From Schizochytrium sp. TIO01 (taxonomy: Eukaryota > Protista > Bigyra: Labyrinthulomycetes): 64,000 bases of DNA. Each line of letters starts with the position of its first letter. The stretch's first letter is position 1. A model generated the notes under the pieces. That model did no database searches and had not been told where the DNA came from. It saw nothing but the letters and a program-made list of their open reading frames with translations. A program made the translations under genes and the position numbers. Where the stretch lies: assembly GCA_004764695.1 (NCBI GenBank), contig SMSO01000032.1, forward strand, positions 992,001 to 1,056,000. The letters are read 5' to 3'. Below are positions 1-12,480 of the stretch, one piece after another.

Positions 1-1967
1 CCATTGTCAGCAAAATGCACGAGCAAAATCGAAGGGAACAAGTAAACCACGGAAAATATATGAAGACACCAATTAGTCTTGAAGGATTTATTACCGTGCT
101 CATTTGGAATGCGTATGATTGTCAGCGGGAAATCAAATGTATCCTCGCCAATGTAGAACTAGCTGTCTTTCGAAAAAGAAGTCTGCGTTACCTGAAGAAT
201 AGTTGATTTCGCTTTAGCATCGTTGCTGTAAAACCTGAGACTTCATCTTGTAGGTTTCTCAATGAGTGACAATCGCAGGATCAAAAGATACTTTCTTTGA
301 TTGTACCATGATAGGTCCCTCCCTACCTACCTTCTACTTATTATGTAAAAGGTGGACCATCACAGCCGTGCATCCCGACCCGCTCGCAGCTCGCCAAGAC
401 ATTGGATACGAATTTCGAATGCTCAAAATCTCTGCCCCGCCATTGACCAAAACTCTCGCCAAGCCATGGTTTCCCTCGATCAGAGCTGCATTTGAAGAAT
501 TCGAGCAGCGTCTCGAGTCGAGCTCCCTCGAAAGGGAAGCGATTCCTCGCCTCGCTGCCTCACTCAACCTACAACGATTGAAAGAAATAATCACAGCAGA
601 TCATTGCTTCTTTCTTCTTCAATGAACCAAGCGCCTATTACTACTCCTCCATTAGGAGCTGCTAGCACCGGGCTCGCTCTTCCTGTACCCATTATAGCAG
701 CACCGCTAACGACTCCTACTGACTACCAAACAGCGTGACCACGCGCCCCCGCTTGTCCGCCTCCAAGCAACCCCAGGGTCTGCCGTGAAATACATACACG
801 CGACACAGTGTTCCTAACTATCTACAGCTGCTTGAAGCCATGTTTTACTCAAGAATCGCGCGTTGACGGCTTCCAAAGGAGCCGAATAATCGCCTCCGCC
901 ATACAACCAGCGCCTACCATCAGCCGCTCCGAGCGTGCCAAGAAAGCGAAGGCCGGTTTCATGCATGTCGTCCTCGCCAAGTTAAGAAGTTAGTTAGTTA
1001 TGTACGTACGTATGTATGTATGTATTCACCTCCTATTGCTATTGCTATTGGTGCTGCTATTGCTAGCCGCAGCTAAGAGTACAAGGCAGTCCTAGTGAGA
1101 GGCTATAGAAAGGTCTTCTCAGATTATGCGGCTGCGGCAGACGAGGCCTCAATCGATCTCTGAGTGAAGCCGCCTAAGCGTGGCCAGGGAGCCTTCAATG
1201 CGGCGCCGAGCGGTGCCACGGCAAGTCCTAGACAGGCGGCAAGCAGCTTTGGGTCCATTATCGAATGTGAGCAAATGTATCAGGCCTCCCGGTTGGTTTG
1301 CTTATTTGACTTATTCTGTTTCTTGGTAGGAGGAGGTAAGGTAGATAGACAGATAGATAGATACTGTGCTCAGAAGATCTTCAAGGCCAGAGGAAAGAAA
1401 TAAGGGCCCAAAGATACAGAGCTAAGGCAGAGAGGGAAGGCGTGAATCAACTATTATTGCCTATTATGCCCTTGAGGAGCAGCGTCTCAGGGAGTTTTTA
1501 ACTTCAAAGGGACAGGTACCCTGCGATGCAGTCTTTGATTTCAACTTTCTTTCGCAATCTCTACTTTTCTCTTTATCCTTAGGAGATAAAATAAAATGAA
1601 AGCGTACTACATTAAAAAAATAAAATTAAAGAAGAGGCTTCTTTCACTCGACTTAAGTTATTTTTCAGTGATGCTGGTAACATCCTTTTAAAATTAAAAT
1701 ATTGCTGTTGAATTAAAAACATTTTCAATAGTTGAACCGAAAAGGCTTTCGAACAATTTTCTTATGATAAAACAACTCTAAATAAACGCCTTTTGGAATT
1801 GAACCATCGAAAATACTTTCTTTTAAACTAAAAACAAACTTCCGCAAACAGTTCGGTAGGTGCTTTGTTTTCCTCGCTGCTCGGCGTATCGGCACTGGCT
1901 TATTTCTCAAGATCATGCTTGCCAACTTTCTTTTCTTTCCCTACTCCCCCCTATCCAACTCCTACGA

Positions 1968-1995
1968 GGGAGGAGGAGGAGGAGGAGGAGGAGGA
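1968..1995. repeat. (GGA)n microsatellite
   Basis: Direct reading of the sequence. Confidence 0.95.
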
Positions 1996-2317
1996 AAAAA
2001 GTGTGCCCCCTTCCTTTTCACTAAGCTTTCTCTCTTTTCACTAAGCCTTCTCTCCTTCCTTCCTCCAGCCGCTTCGTTGTTTTGCTCCTGGCTAGGCGAT
2101 ACGGTAGCGCCGCCCTAGCACCCGCCGCGCGGCTTCCTCCTTGGGTTGAGTGCATAGAGCGCGCTAAGCACTCTTAGGATGTGCTGGAGCAGGAAGAAGA
2201 AAAGTGCCTGCTCAAGTGTTGTTTTCCTCTCAGCGCTTTGCAATGTCCAAGGTTTGCTTGCCTTCGCCTGCTCTGCATGCGTATCGACGATCCGTCCATC
2301 GATCCTGGCTGCGAGAA

Positions 2318-2343
2318 ACTCACTCACTCACTCACTCACTCAC
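2318..2343. repeat. (ACTC)n microsatellite
   Basis: Direct reading of the sequence. Confidence 0.95.
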
Positions 2344-3186
2344 GCACTCAGTCATTCCAAACAGCGCTTCTCCTCTTCTCCCGACCAGAGCCAACACCTC
2401 CAACCCTGCGCCGCTCCCTCCAACGACCTCCACGTCGAGGAAAGCGGATGCGGCAAACGATGCAATTTGAACACACACACGCGCGATCTCACCGTGCGCC
2501 GCAGCTCGTGACTGATCGATTTCTACGATCATCGTGTTGGAAGTTGGCCGCAGGGGTGACGATGAGGAGGGATCTGCCTAGCGAGGATTAGCGCTAGCTA
2601 GCTGGAGATGTGCCTGCCTGATGAGTGTTTTCTTTCTTTCTTTCTTTCTTCTTTCTTTTTTTCTCTCTATCTTTTGAGGAGGAGGGGGGAGGAGAAGTTG
2701 TTCTCAGGTGTCACCAAGAAAAGATGAACTTGAAGGAGCCAGGTCGACGCGGGTTGACGCCAAGAGTTGGCGGCGTGCCTGTGGTGCCTGCGCGAACTCA
2801 ACGGAGAGCTCGAGTTGGCCAGGCCTCGGTAGAGCGAAGAAGATCTCTCGGGTACGAGCTTACAGCGTTATGTTTGTTTCGTGACTTTGGGCACGCAATT
2901 GCTTTCTCTCTCAAGAAAGAAAGAAAAATAGATAGAAAAGAAAAGAAAAGAAAAGAAGAGTAGCTGGAACAGTAAGAGAGCGAAGAAGCGAAGAAGAAGC
3001 GCTCCTGATAACGACTTCTTACAACCCAGTACCAGCCAGCTGGAGCTGTGCCGGAAGGAAGAAAATGCTCGCAAACAGACAAAGAAGCAAACAAAGAAGC
3101 AAACTACTGCGAGCAGAAGGTGGTCTTCCTCGCAATGCACCTCGTGCCTTCTTCACAAGTAGGTAGATAGATCTGGGTACGATATA

Positions 3187-3187
<1 letters not shown>

Positions 3188-3217
<30 letters not shown>

Positions 3218-3219
3218 AT
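3188..3219. repeat. (AAAT)n microsatellite
   Basis: Direct reading of the sequence. Confidence 0.95.
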
Positions 3220-3697
3220 TGATTCACTCTCGCACTCGCCCATGCGTAATTAATTCGCAGCTCGACAAAACAATCTTCGTGGCCTCCAAGGCGCTGGAAG
3301 AAACAACGCGTGCCAGAAAAGCCTGAGTTGAATGCAAACACTCGCGTGGACATGGACACGAGAGGATCTTGGACAACGCCTCTGTGCTGTGAGAAACTGC
3401 GAAGGCTGCGAAGGATACTTGCCGGGGCTTTGCTTTCTTTTTCCGCCTAGCCAAGTGGGATTAGCCTCGAGGCGTTACACATGGCCATGCTAGAAAAGAG
3501 CAGTTGCCTCGCTGCTTCGTGCCCGCAACGATGCCCAAACAGTTTTCCCAGTCCCAGTGCTCCTCTCAGACAGCCCCACGAGTTGGACACGTTTGTCAAA
3601 AGAATGAAAACGCATGAAACCATCGCATCACTATCGTAAAGACAGCCCCCCGCGCGTGATGTCTCACGAAGCGATCTTAGAATCGTAAATTGATGTG

Positions 3698-3738
3698 CAA
3701 TGCCAAGGCTTCACGTCTTCAATGCCAAGGCTTCACGT
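3698..3738. repeat. 19-bp direct duplication CAATGCCAAGGCTTCACGT (period 22)
   Basis: Copies at 3698-3716 and 3720-3738. Confidence 0.9.
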
Positions 3739-4202
3739 ACAAGAAGTAGACTCCCATCTACCTAGCTATTGAAATACATTGAAGAACCGAGTATCAAGGA
3801 AAGGCACATTCCAGCGACAGCTCTAATAGTGTTGCCAATGGTGCGACTTTGGTTGGCACCTCGTCAATCGAGCGCCGATGGCAACTAGTTCGTTGATTGG
3901 TATATTCTTGCTCGCAAATATTCACCTTCACCCCTCCAAGGCCACATGGTGAAATGCATTTGCTCTGAAAGATGCAAACGTGCCTTTCAGGGTTCCAAGC
4001 TGCCGAGGACCGAGGTCGCAACAACGCCATGACGCACAGCGTTCTCGACATTTGCGAGCACTTTATTACAAACTGTTGGGAACTCTTTCATCATGCCTGG
4101 AACGTTCAACGACAGATTTCGTCTCGGTAAATCCCGCCGTCCGACTTGGAGTTATTCTGGTGTCTGTTTGTTGCCCCCTTTTCAAATGTGACCACCCTGG
4201 CT

Positions 4203-4280
4203 TTCTGTTTTGTTTGTTTTGTTTTGTTTTGTTTTGTTTTGTTTTGTTTTGTTTGTTTGTTTGTTTGTTTCGTTTTGTTT
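4203..4280. repeat. (TTTTG)n/(TTTG)n compound microsatellite
   Basis: Direct reading of the sequence. Confidence 0.95.
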
Positions 4281-5237
4281 AACATTATCATTCTGGCATA
4301 CATACTGTAATGTTCCCCATGCGAAATTTCAGGATACGCAATCGTCTCGTATCTGCGCGACTTGCGGGTCACTATGGTGTTTTCTAAGCTTTAACCTGTA
4401 CAGAGGGAGCTCACATGCAAAACCCCATAGATGCTCTTCTTTGCGGGGAAGCTCTTCATTCAAACTTCTCAACAATCAATGCGTCGCTTTCATCCACATT
4501 CCAGACAGTCGGAAATTCAAGTTTAACCTAATGATCATCTAGTTTCATTTGCAGTAAATGAGATCTGACATTTTGTTCGAAGATTGTGCTTTCTCTAATT
4601 GACCCACTTTTAGCTTCACATCGGACTCTGCGTCATCGATTTACATACTATTAGTATCCTGCTTGGCACCTTTTACTTTTAAACTTTCCCACGTGTTCAG
4701 GTTCTTTTACTTCACTCCACTGAAGGCTTACTTTTCTTTTTAACGGATTACGCAGGGGTCAGTGATGGAAAGAAGACACTTGATATGTTTCTCCTCTGGT
4801 CCGTGCTTCCTTCTTAAACGAATTCCTTAGTCACCCCAGAACCGACTGTAATTAGGAAGGTATAATGGGTTAGTTAGTATGAGAGGTTTCAATTCCGGTT
4901 CTCCATCACTATATATAATTAATAAATACAGTGGTTCTGTAGAACTTGAGGAACAAACAATTCTTTTATTTAAAAATTAGGCATGAGAAAAGAAGTAGAA
5001 TATTAAATCTCCCTTTGCGCTGCTGATTTCTTCTGTCGAACCAATGTTCTTTAATAAGAACCCCCAGGCCTAGGAAATAGGTCGCTAAGTATGCCCCCGT
5101 TTTACATAAGCCCAAGATCGTGACTCCTTCAACGCAACAGGCGCAAAAAATGATTCATTGGATCCGTGAGACCGACCTGCCACTCGATTGATTGTGATTG
5201 CGGGTCCTCGGTTCCCTCGAGACCGCGATGCCGCACA

Positions 5238-5281
5238 ACAAACAAACAAACAAACGAACGAACGAACGAACGAACGAACAA
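5238..5281. repeat. (AAAC)n(GAAC)n compound microsatellite
   Basis: Direct reading of the sequence. Confidence 0.9.
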
Positions 5282-8200
5282 CTGACGAGACTCAAGTCAC
5301 CAATTCGGCTGGCGACATTGCCGCGACAATTTCCACCTCCGTTCTTCACCAAGAAGATACCGGTGAAATGGGTGGCCCCGCGAGGCCTTGTGGTAATCAG
5401 TCAATCCCGCACCAAGTCGGTTGTCTCCGAGTTACCACATTCCCTGCACTCATTCATCAATTCATTCATTCGTTCATTCATTTATTCATTCAAGTTCGCA
5501 CTGTCTGTGCACTAAAGCGAGCTAGAGATAGTGCATGGCGGTCCTGTCTTCGCCAACAGCCAAACAGCCAAGCAACAACAACAGCAGCACAGAGGAAGGC
5601 GGCCAACCTGCGCTTTGGTACGTACTGAAAGACGAGCGAGGCAGATTATAGTATCACTCACTTACGATGAAGCGAAGAAGCCTCCTACTCTGTCCTTATA
5701 CTGCAGGAAGCTGCCAGCTAGCTAGCCAGCTGCTAGGCAGTACTATGTACTAGCAGTAGGTAGACACCTACCTACCACTTCGCAAATCTCACGCCCTCTC
5801 CAGTCCTACTATCCGGTAGATACCTCCTACGGCTACGCGCTCTTAGTCTTCTTATTGGAGTCCTAGGTTCGCCTGTGGTCCATTTGGCGGCGAGGCGTCT
5901 CGGGCTCGGCCTGGAGGCTTCGTTCCGAGCTTGGCGCCGCGGAAGCAGAAAACCCTCGAGAAGCCGGAGCCCGGAGCTCCGATCGCGCCGCGAGAGAGAG
6001 GAGCGAAGGGGGCGAAGGAGAGAGCAGCCGCGTGGCGGCGCGAGCAAACGCGAGCAAGGCTCAGCTGAGGCGTGTCTGAGAGAGACGGTGAGACCACCCA
6101 AAAGCGGCTGCTTTTTTCTTCTTTTTTCTTTCTCCCCTTTTTGTTTTTCAGGGTTTCTCTTACAAGTTTCAAGCTGGGATTAAGAAGAGGGGGGCAGACC
6201 GTAGGAGTGGCTAGGCAGAAGGCTAGCTAGATTAGCTGGCATTCGACGAGGCGAAGAAGTCTGAAGGAAAAAACACCCAAGAACTCGAGTTGGAAAGGCA
6301 CATGGAAGAATGACTGCTTACAAATACACATCGACCGCCAAGAATTGCAAACTAACTAACAAGGACTTGGAAAGAAGGAAAACCAAGTTGGAATGAGGAA
6401 AACAAACAGCTTTTCTATTCATTCGGATCCGTATTTTGGCTCTTCCTCTTCACTCTTATAAGAAAATAACAACTTCTTTGATTCTTTCCACCATTTTTTT
6501 TTTTAATCTTGACTTTGAAGATTACTAAGTTGTTATTTTTATTTAAAAAAAATTAAAAATGTGGTTAATTTATTATTATTTAAAAAAATAGTTTTTACTT
6601 GGTCACTACAAAAATGTTTCTTTTTCTCTAAGAAGTATATAGTTATACTTTAAAAAACAAACAAAAAAACTTCTAGGTCAAAGAGACAGATTGCAAACTT
6701 TAAAAGAGATTGAAAGAAAAGCAAAAAGTTGAAATTGCCTTCTCCGTTTTTGCGCGCTTGGAATAGCTGTTTGCGCGCTGACGCGTGAGAAGCAAGCGAA
6801 GCAAGCGCGTCTGTCTGCCTATTCGAAGCGTAACTAGCGGCAGGCAGGCAGCCAGCTGGCTATTGCATGCTTGATGATTTGCTCATTTGCTTGCTTGTGA
6901 AAAGAGTTGCTTCGAGCTGGACAAAATGTATCTCTCTCCCAATAAGAGCATGGTGTCCTTTTCTTTTTCTTTTCAATGCGCTTTTAATAATATATCGTTT
7001 TAAATAACTTTTTCTAGGAATTCTTTTATGTCATAGAAAATGCTGGCACTAAAACAACTTTCATTGTTCTTTACTCAACTCAGCCAGTTGCCTGAGATAC
7101 GCGCCCAAAACTCTCGGTGCAACCAGGGTCCAACCCTCTTTAACATGCGGAGAGGGTCTTTCCTCCCTTCAGAGAAGACTCGGGCAGAAGCTTGGCTCTT
7201 TCTTACTCCCTGACTCCAGAGTATGTTGATCGAGTTCAAAATAACTTTTGCTTTTGCTTATTTTTTCTTCTTCTTCTTGTTTGGATTAATTTCTTTATAC
7301 GGAGGCATTACTTTTGTAATTTACAGAGTTCTGATCGTGATAACCATTAAAAAAATTAATTTAAAAACACCAATAGCTACTGCTATTAGCACTACTGCGT
7401 TCGAAAGGGGAATTTACGGACTAACAAGAAAGCACTGCTTCTAAGAAAGCTTTATACTTGCCCCCTTATCGATGCCTCTAGCTTCCAGATTACAAGTGTC
7501 CCCTCCTCCCTCGACGCCTCGGGTGCTTTTCTTTCGGTGGCCTAATCTATCTATCTAGACAAGTTGCCTCTAGGTAATGACTTTTTTGAAATGACTTTTT
7601 CTTTTGTCTTTTCTGAACCGAGACAGTAGTTATAACACTAGTTTTTCCTTCATGCTGGAAAGGATGACTTTTTAAACTTTTCTTCTTCTTCGCAAGATAA
7701 ATAAGTTTTTATTTTATTAACTAAGTTGAACCATTATCATTTCCGCAACTCAACATATTAAGCTTTACGAAGTAAGGAAAACGAGAACGAGTGAAGAAAT
7801 GAGACCTTGAAAAGAGCGAACAAAAGTAAAGCCCAAAGCATGAGATTGGCGATTACTGATTTCCCTTGTTGTGCTCAAGCCGCCTCTTCTCTGCGAGCAA
7901 CGACTACTTTTACTCGAAGGAACCACTGAGTTATCATATCCCTCTGCGCAAACTCTGCAGCGATCGCAAACCATCACTGCCTCGACACGGAAAGGCGATA
8001 AGTTCTATCCTCTTCGCATTGCACCACCATTAGGACATCGTATGACGTTAACCCGCTTGCCTACCCAAAACTCTACTTAACTTTTCACGAAGGGGACTAA
8101 CCGCAAGCGCTGCTCTCAATACTTCTAAAACTTGCTACAGGTTTCACGCCCTCCCTGTGATCCCTGCGTCAACCCTACATCTGTATTATGGCCAGTCTTG

Positions 8201-9594
8201 ATACCCGTATGCAACTGAAATGAACAGAAAGCGCCGCGCGGGAAGGTACCGGTACTGGTTTGCTGGACCGGATCAATTCTCAAGGTCGGCCGGCGTCTGT
8301 TCGCTCGCAGCAGAGACGGTTGGCCTTCCAGAGAGACGCAAACAAGCAAAGGCAGCCGCCCTCGAGGCCGGCGCTGCGCAAACAGGGAGGCAGGCAGCTC
8401 GCTTGGTCTTCCTCTCCGCCTTTCTTTCTGCCTTTCTTTCCACCGCGACAGATGGATAGATAGATAAATAGATAGATAGATACATTTATACATACAGATA
8501 TACATTACATCCATCTGTACAAAGATGCATAGATAGTGCGAATAGGAAGCAGCATGGACCTAGCGACGGCTACCGAGCGAGTAGCTGAAGGCTAGCTAAG
8601 CTAGCTACTAGGCAGGTATGAAGGGAAGAAAGCGGCGGCCAAGTTTCCGCGATCTCCTGCGATCTTGGAATCACTGTTCGCCACACATTTCCATTTGATC
8701 GCATGCCCTTCCATCTTCAGAAAGCCTCTTTCGGGGAGGACTTCTTCTTTCCCCTTTTCATCTATTCTTCGTTGACCTTTGCTTTTCCTTTACTTTTCTT
8801 TTTTTTTTGCTTTTTTTTTATTTTTCTTTTCTTCTTTAACTTAAATTTTGGATTAAGCTGCCGGCGTACACTTTAAAAAAAAAAATGTAAATGTAAAATA
8901 GGGGTTTCTTTAAATATACTTTGTTTGAAAAATGGTCTTTATTGGTCGTTTCGTGTAAAGTTGAATTGATGACTTATTATACTGTACCTTAAAAAGTTGT
9001 TGTTTTCACGCTTTTTCATTTTGTAAACTTCTTTTTGTTTAATCTTGAGAATTCCTCTGTCTGGTGAAAGAAGTAATAGCGCACCTTATACTGCATTTGC
9101 GAAGACGAACTTTATATGTTTTTTTTTGTTTTTTTTGTTTTTTATCAGTGCAAGTACGCGGATAATCTCATTTATTTAGACTGAGGCATCGCTGCCCTGA
9201 GAGGTCGGCGGCTAGTGTGAAGAGGGTGAAAGGTCACTGTTGAGGTTGCCTGCGCAGCTTTTGAGTTACAAGTGGGTGAGAATACCAAGCAGTTTTACGA
9301 GTTTATAATGTCACTAGAACACCTCTTCTTATCTCAGAATATTTTATCTTAAAAACATATATAATCTCTTTATTAAATGTAATATATAACTCTTTTCAGT
9401 TCTTAAAACAAGTTTTTAAAGCAATTTTTAATCTGAGCAATTTTTAATATGAAAACAGAATGAAAAGCTTGGTTCATTTGCTCCTTTAAAAGAATAAACA
9501 AATATTCAAAGTACTAAACGCTAGAACCCTGTTCAGGCAGAGTGCAATCGGGTACATCATACCTAATAAATTCGTGCATACATATCTTCATCTG

Positions 9595-9633
9595 AGCATA
9601 GCATAGCATGGCATAGCATAGCATAGCATAGCA
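9595..9633. repeat. (AGCAT)n microsatellite
   Basis: Direct reading of the sequence. Confidence 0.9.
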
Positions 9634-9872
9634 CACATCATTACACTATGATAATGCAAGAGAGAGTAACAGCAAAGTTGAACTCGAGGCTTTTACGAAA
9701 CAGCCACGGACCGCCTTTCCATCCCTGCGCATTGTCTTGGTACCTACCCCTACCTGGCAGAAGTGAAGGTGCCAACTCGTGAAACAAGGACCGTGCCCAA
9801 ACAACAATATCCTCAAAGAAAGAAAGAAAGCAGCAGCCGCAAGTGCATCACCATCCTCAAACTTTCCTCACC

Positions 9873-9970
9873 CACTCACTCACTCACTCACTCACTCACT
9901 CACTCACTCACTCACTCACTCACTCATTCAATCACTCACTCAATCAATCAATCACTCACTTACTCACTCA
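9873..9970. repeat. (CACT)n/(CAAT)n compound microsatellite
   Basis: Direct reading of the sequence. Confidence 0.95.
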
Positions 9971-12027
9971 CAAACCCACTAACTCAAGTTCGAGCGAGCT
10001 CTTTCTCCATGCCTTTAAATCCTCAGGCAGCTTACGAGCTACTACGCAGTACCTACGGATGACAGACCTCCATTTCCTTTAAGCTCTCCTCTCTGAGAGC
10101 CTGTGCTTGCTTTTCAAGGCGCCCTATCTTTCTAAGTCTTTCTCTGCTCTCTTTCTCTTTCTCTCTCTCTGTCTCTATCGCCCTCTGTGCCTAGCAGTAG
10201 AAGTAGCAGTAGTAGCAGTAAGAGGGGGCGTGGTTTCCTGGCGTAGAGGAGTCTAAGTGCCTCCTAAGCAGCAGCCTAGCTAGGGAAAGCAGCCGCCGCC
10301 GCTTGCCTTCTGGCCGCCTCGACGCGTCGAGACCATTGGGGTTGACTTGAGGCTGCACAAGGAGCCGTGGCCGGCCGGTCGCGAGGTTGTCGCTCTTGCT
10401 GCTGTTGCTGGAGCTGCTGTCGTCGTTGGCGATGGTGTCGATGGAGCTGTTCCCAGCGATGGATGCGCAGGTTCGCGCGTAGTAGTCTGCCTACGCGTAG
10501 GTCTAATCACAGGAGGTCTTTGCGATTGAAGGCAAAGGCAAAGTTTCTTTTAGAGTTGCTATTATTATTATTAAGTAAAGAAGAGTGGAAAATATTATAC
10601 ACGTCTTTATAATTCTATTCTGGTTTTCCGTAAAAACAAATTATATTTAACAAAAATAAATATTATTTTTAAAGCAATCGTGATTTTTTAAACTAACACT
10701 AAATTGTAGTCGCCTAAAAATGTTCGTGGATATGGTTTTAAAGAATTACATGTAAACGAATGCATGAAGGAATGATTGCTAATTTGCTGCGTGTTTGTCT
10801 GTTTGCTTGTTTGCTTCAGACTTGGCGTGCTGCCTTGCTGCGAAGGACTCGGGTTTCGAGCTGGAGGCCGTGCTTAGAGACCAACGTTTTCACTTGGAGA
10901 GGGAGACAACCAATCGGCCGCCAACAAAGGAACGCGAGCGCTTGTGGCTTCCATCGAACGAGGTCGTCGATAAATGGCGATGAGCAGTTATATGCAGTGA
11001 TTTAACGAGCAAGGAAAGAAGTAAAGTGAAGGAAAACGCCCTGAGAAAAGGGGCATCAAGAAAGAAAGCGACTTTTCTTTCCTCTCAAGCGGACTTAGTT
11101 ACTTACTTAGCTACTTACTACACATGGCCACCGCCTTGTTGTAGAAAAGTACTTAGGTACTTGCTATGTGGAAGAGACTTTCTTTCTTCGGCTGTAATTG
11201 AATCATTCCTTCTTATCTCTTAAAGCTACTGCAGTTTGTCTTTATCTTTTCTTTATCTTTATCTCTTTTTCTTTTCTTTTTTAATAAAAATAGAAACTCA
11301 ATTTTTTAACCTTGCGCTTATCATCATTTTTTAAAAAATAAATATAAATAGTTTTTCTTTAAAGTAAACTTTAATTTTAATTTATACATTATCATTTTGT
11401 GAGATTTTCTCGCTCTGGAATGCCGAGGCCTCTCCTCTGTTTGACGAAGCTGCTCAGATATGTGACACTTGCGATCGAAAGGGCCCTCAGAGAGCCATTG
11501 TTTATGGCCAGGGAGCACTCAAAAGAGCACTGCCGATTTATATCTGTTTATCCACGCTATCTCGTCTGTCTGTTCGTGCTGCTTCTTGAAAACGCTTTCC
11601 TCTCTGACGCGCTCTGAAAAGAAAGTGGTGAAAATATGTTATTAAAAAATAATAATAGTAAAAAGAATCAGCTGGTGTCTAGTGGAAGCAACAAGCAATT
11701 AAGGGGCATTGAAAAGAAAAGCAGAGGAATGCGATAATTCACTGCTGCATCGCCTTAACTCAACGCCGCAAGAAGGCCAAACCGAGGTCTGCCGCCGCAG
11801 CATCTCCAGCAAACCCCTTACTCCAATCTTCGGCCTTCGCGACCGACGAGGCAACCCTGTCTTCATAGCCCCTTGCCTGTGGCTTGTGGCGTTGTATTGT
11901 TGGTTTTAATACCTTGTATCCGTCTATCGATCAATCGATACATCCATCCATAACAAACAGCAGCAGCCCTTTTCTTATTCCTTCCTTCCTCCTCTCTTTG
12001 GAATAGTAATAAGTAAGCTCTTGCGAG

Positions 12028-12134
12028 CAAAAAGAAAAGAAGAGCAAGAAAGAAAGAAAAGAAAAAGCGAATTGGAAAGCAAAGTAAAGTAAAGTAAAGA
12101 AAAGAAAAGAAAAAAGAAAAGAAAAGAAAAGAAA
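12028..12134. repeat. Purine-rich (AAAAG)n/(AAAGT)n tract upstream of gltB
   Basis: Direct reading of the sequence. Confidence 0.85.
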
Positions 12135-12480
12135 GCGCTGCCTCACCAATCTCTCAGCACGAGAAGAGAGCGCAGCAGCAGCAGGCAGAACAGGAACTCC
12201 CTTCCTCTTCTGTGTCTTTGATTGATTCATCCCTCTCTGTCGTCGCCCACGCGTAGGCGCCGCAGAGTCAGTAAGTCAGTCGGTCCTTGAGTCAGTCAGT
12301 CAGGGCCCAGAAGCAGCAGCGCAGGCCTGTGCGGCAGGCCTTTGCGAGCGAGGAAGCGGAGCAGCACCCAAACCTGCAAAGCTCCAAACAGATTTACAAA
12401 CAACACATCTAAACAGCCGCTTCATCGGCGGCTCGAGCAGCAGCAGCAACAGCGGCGTCGGCATCGCAGCAGCACAGACG

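Noticed and set aside
15-625. Two short + strand ORFs that might be a gene end or relic
   Set aside because: Interrupted by stops, with no recognisable domain or convincing splice model.
3698-3738. Short direct repeats (also 2014-2054) considered as a CRISPR-like array
   Set aside because: Only two adjacent copies, no spacers and no cas genes; eukaryotic context.
626-12480. Many 60-150 aa ORFs
   Set aside because: They translate microsatellites and low-complexity DNA (THSL, FCFV, NERT repeats) or GC-rich patches.
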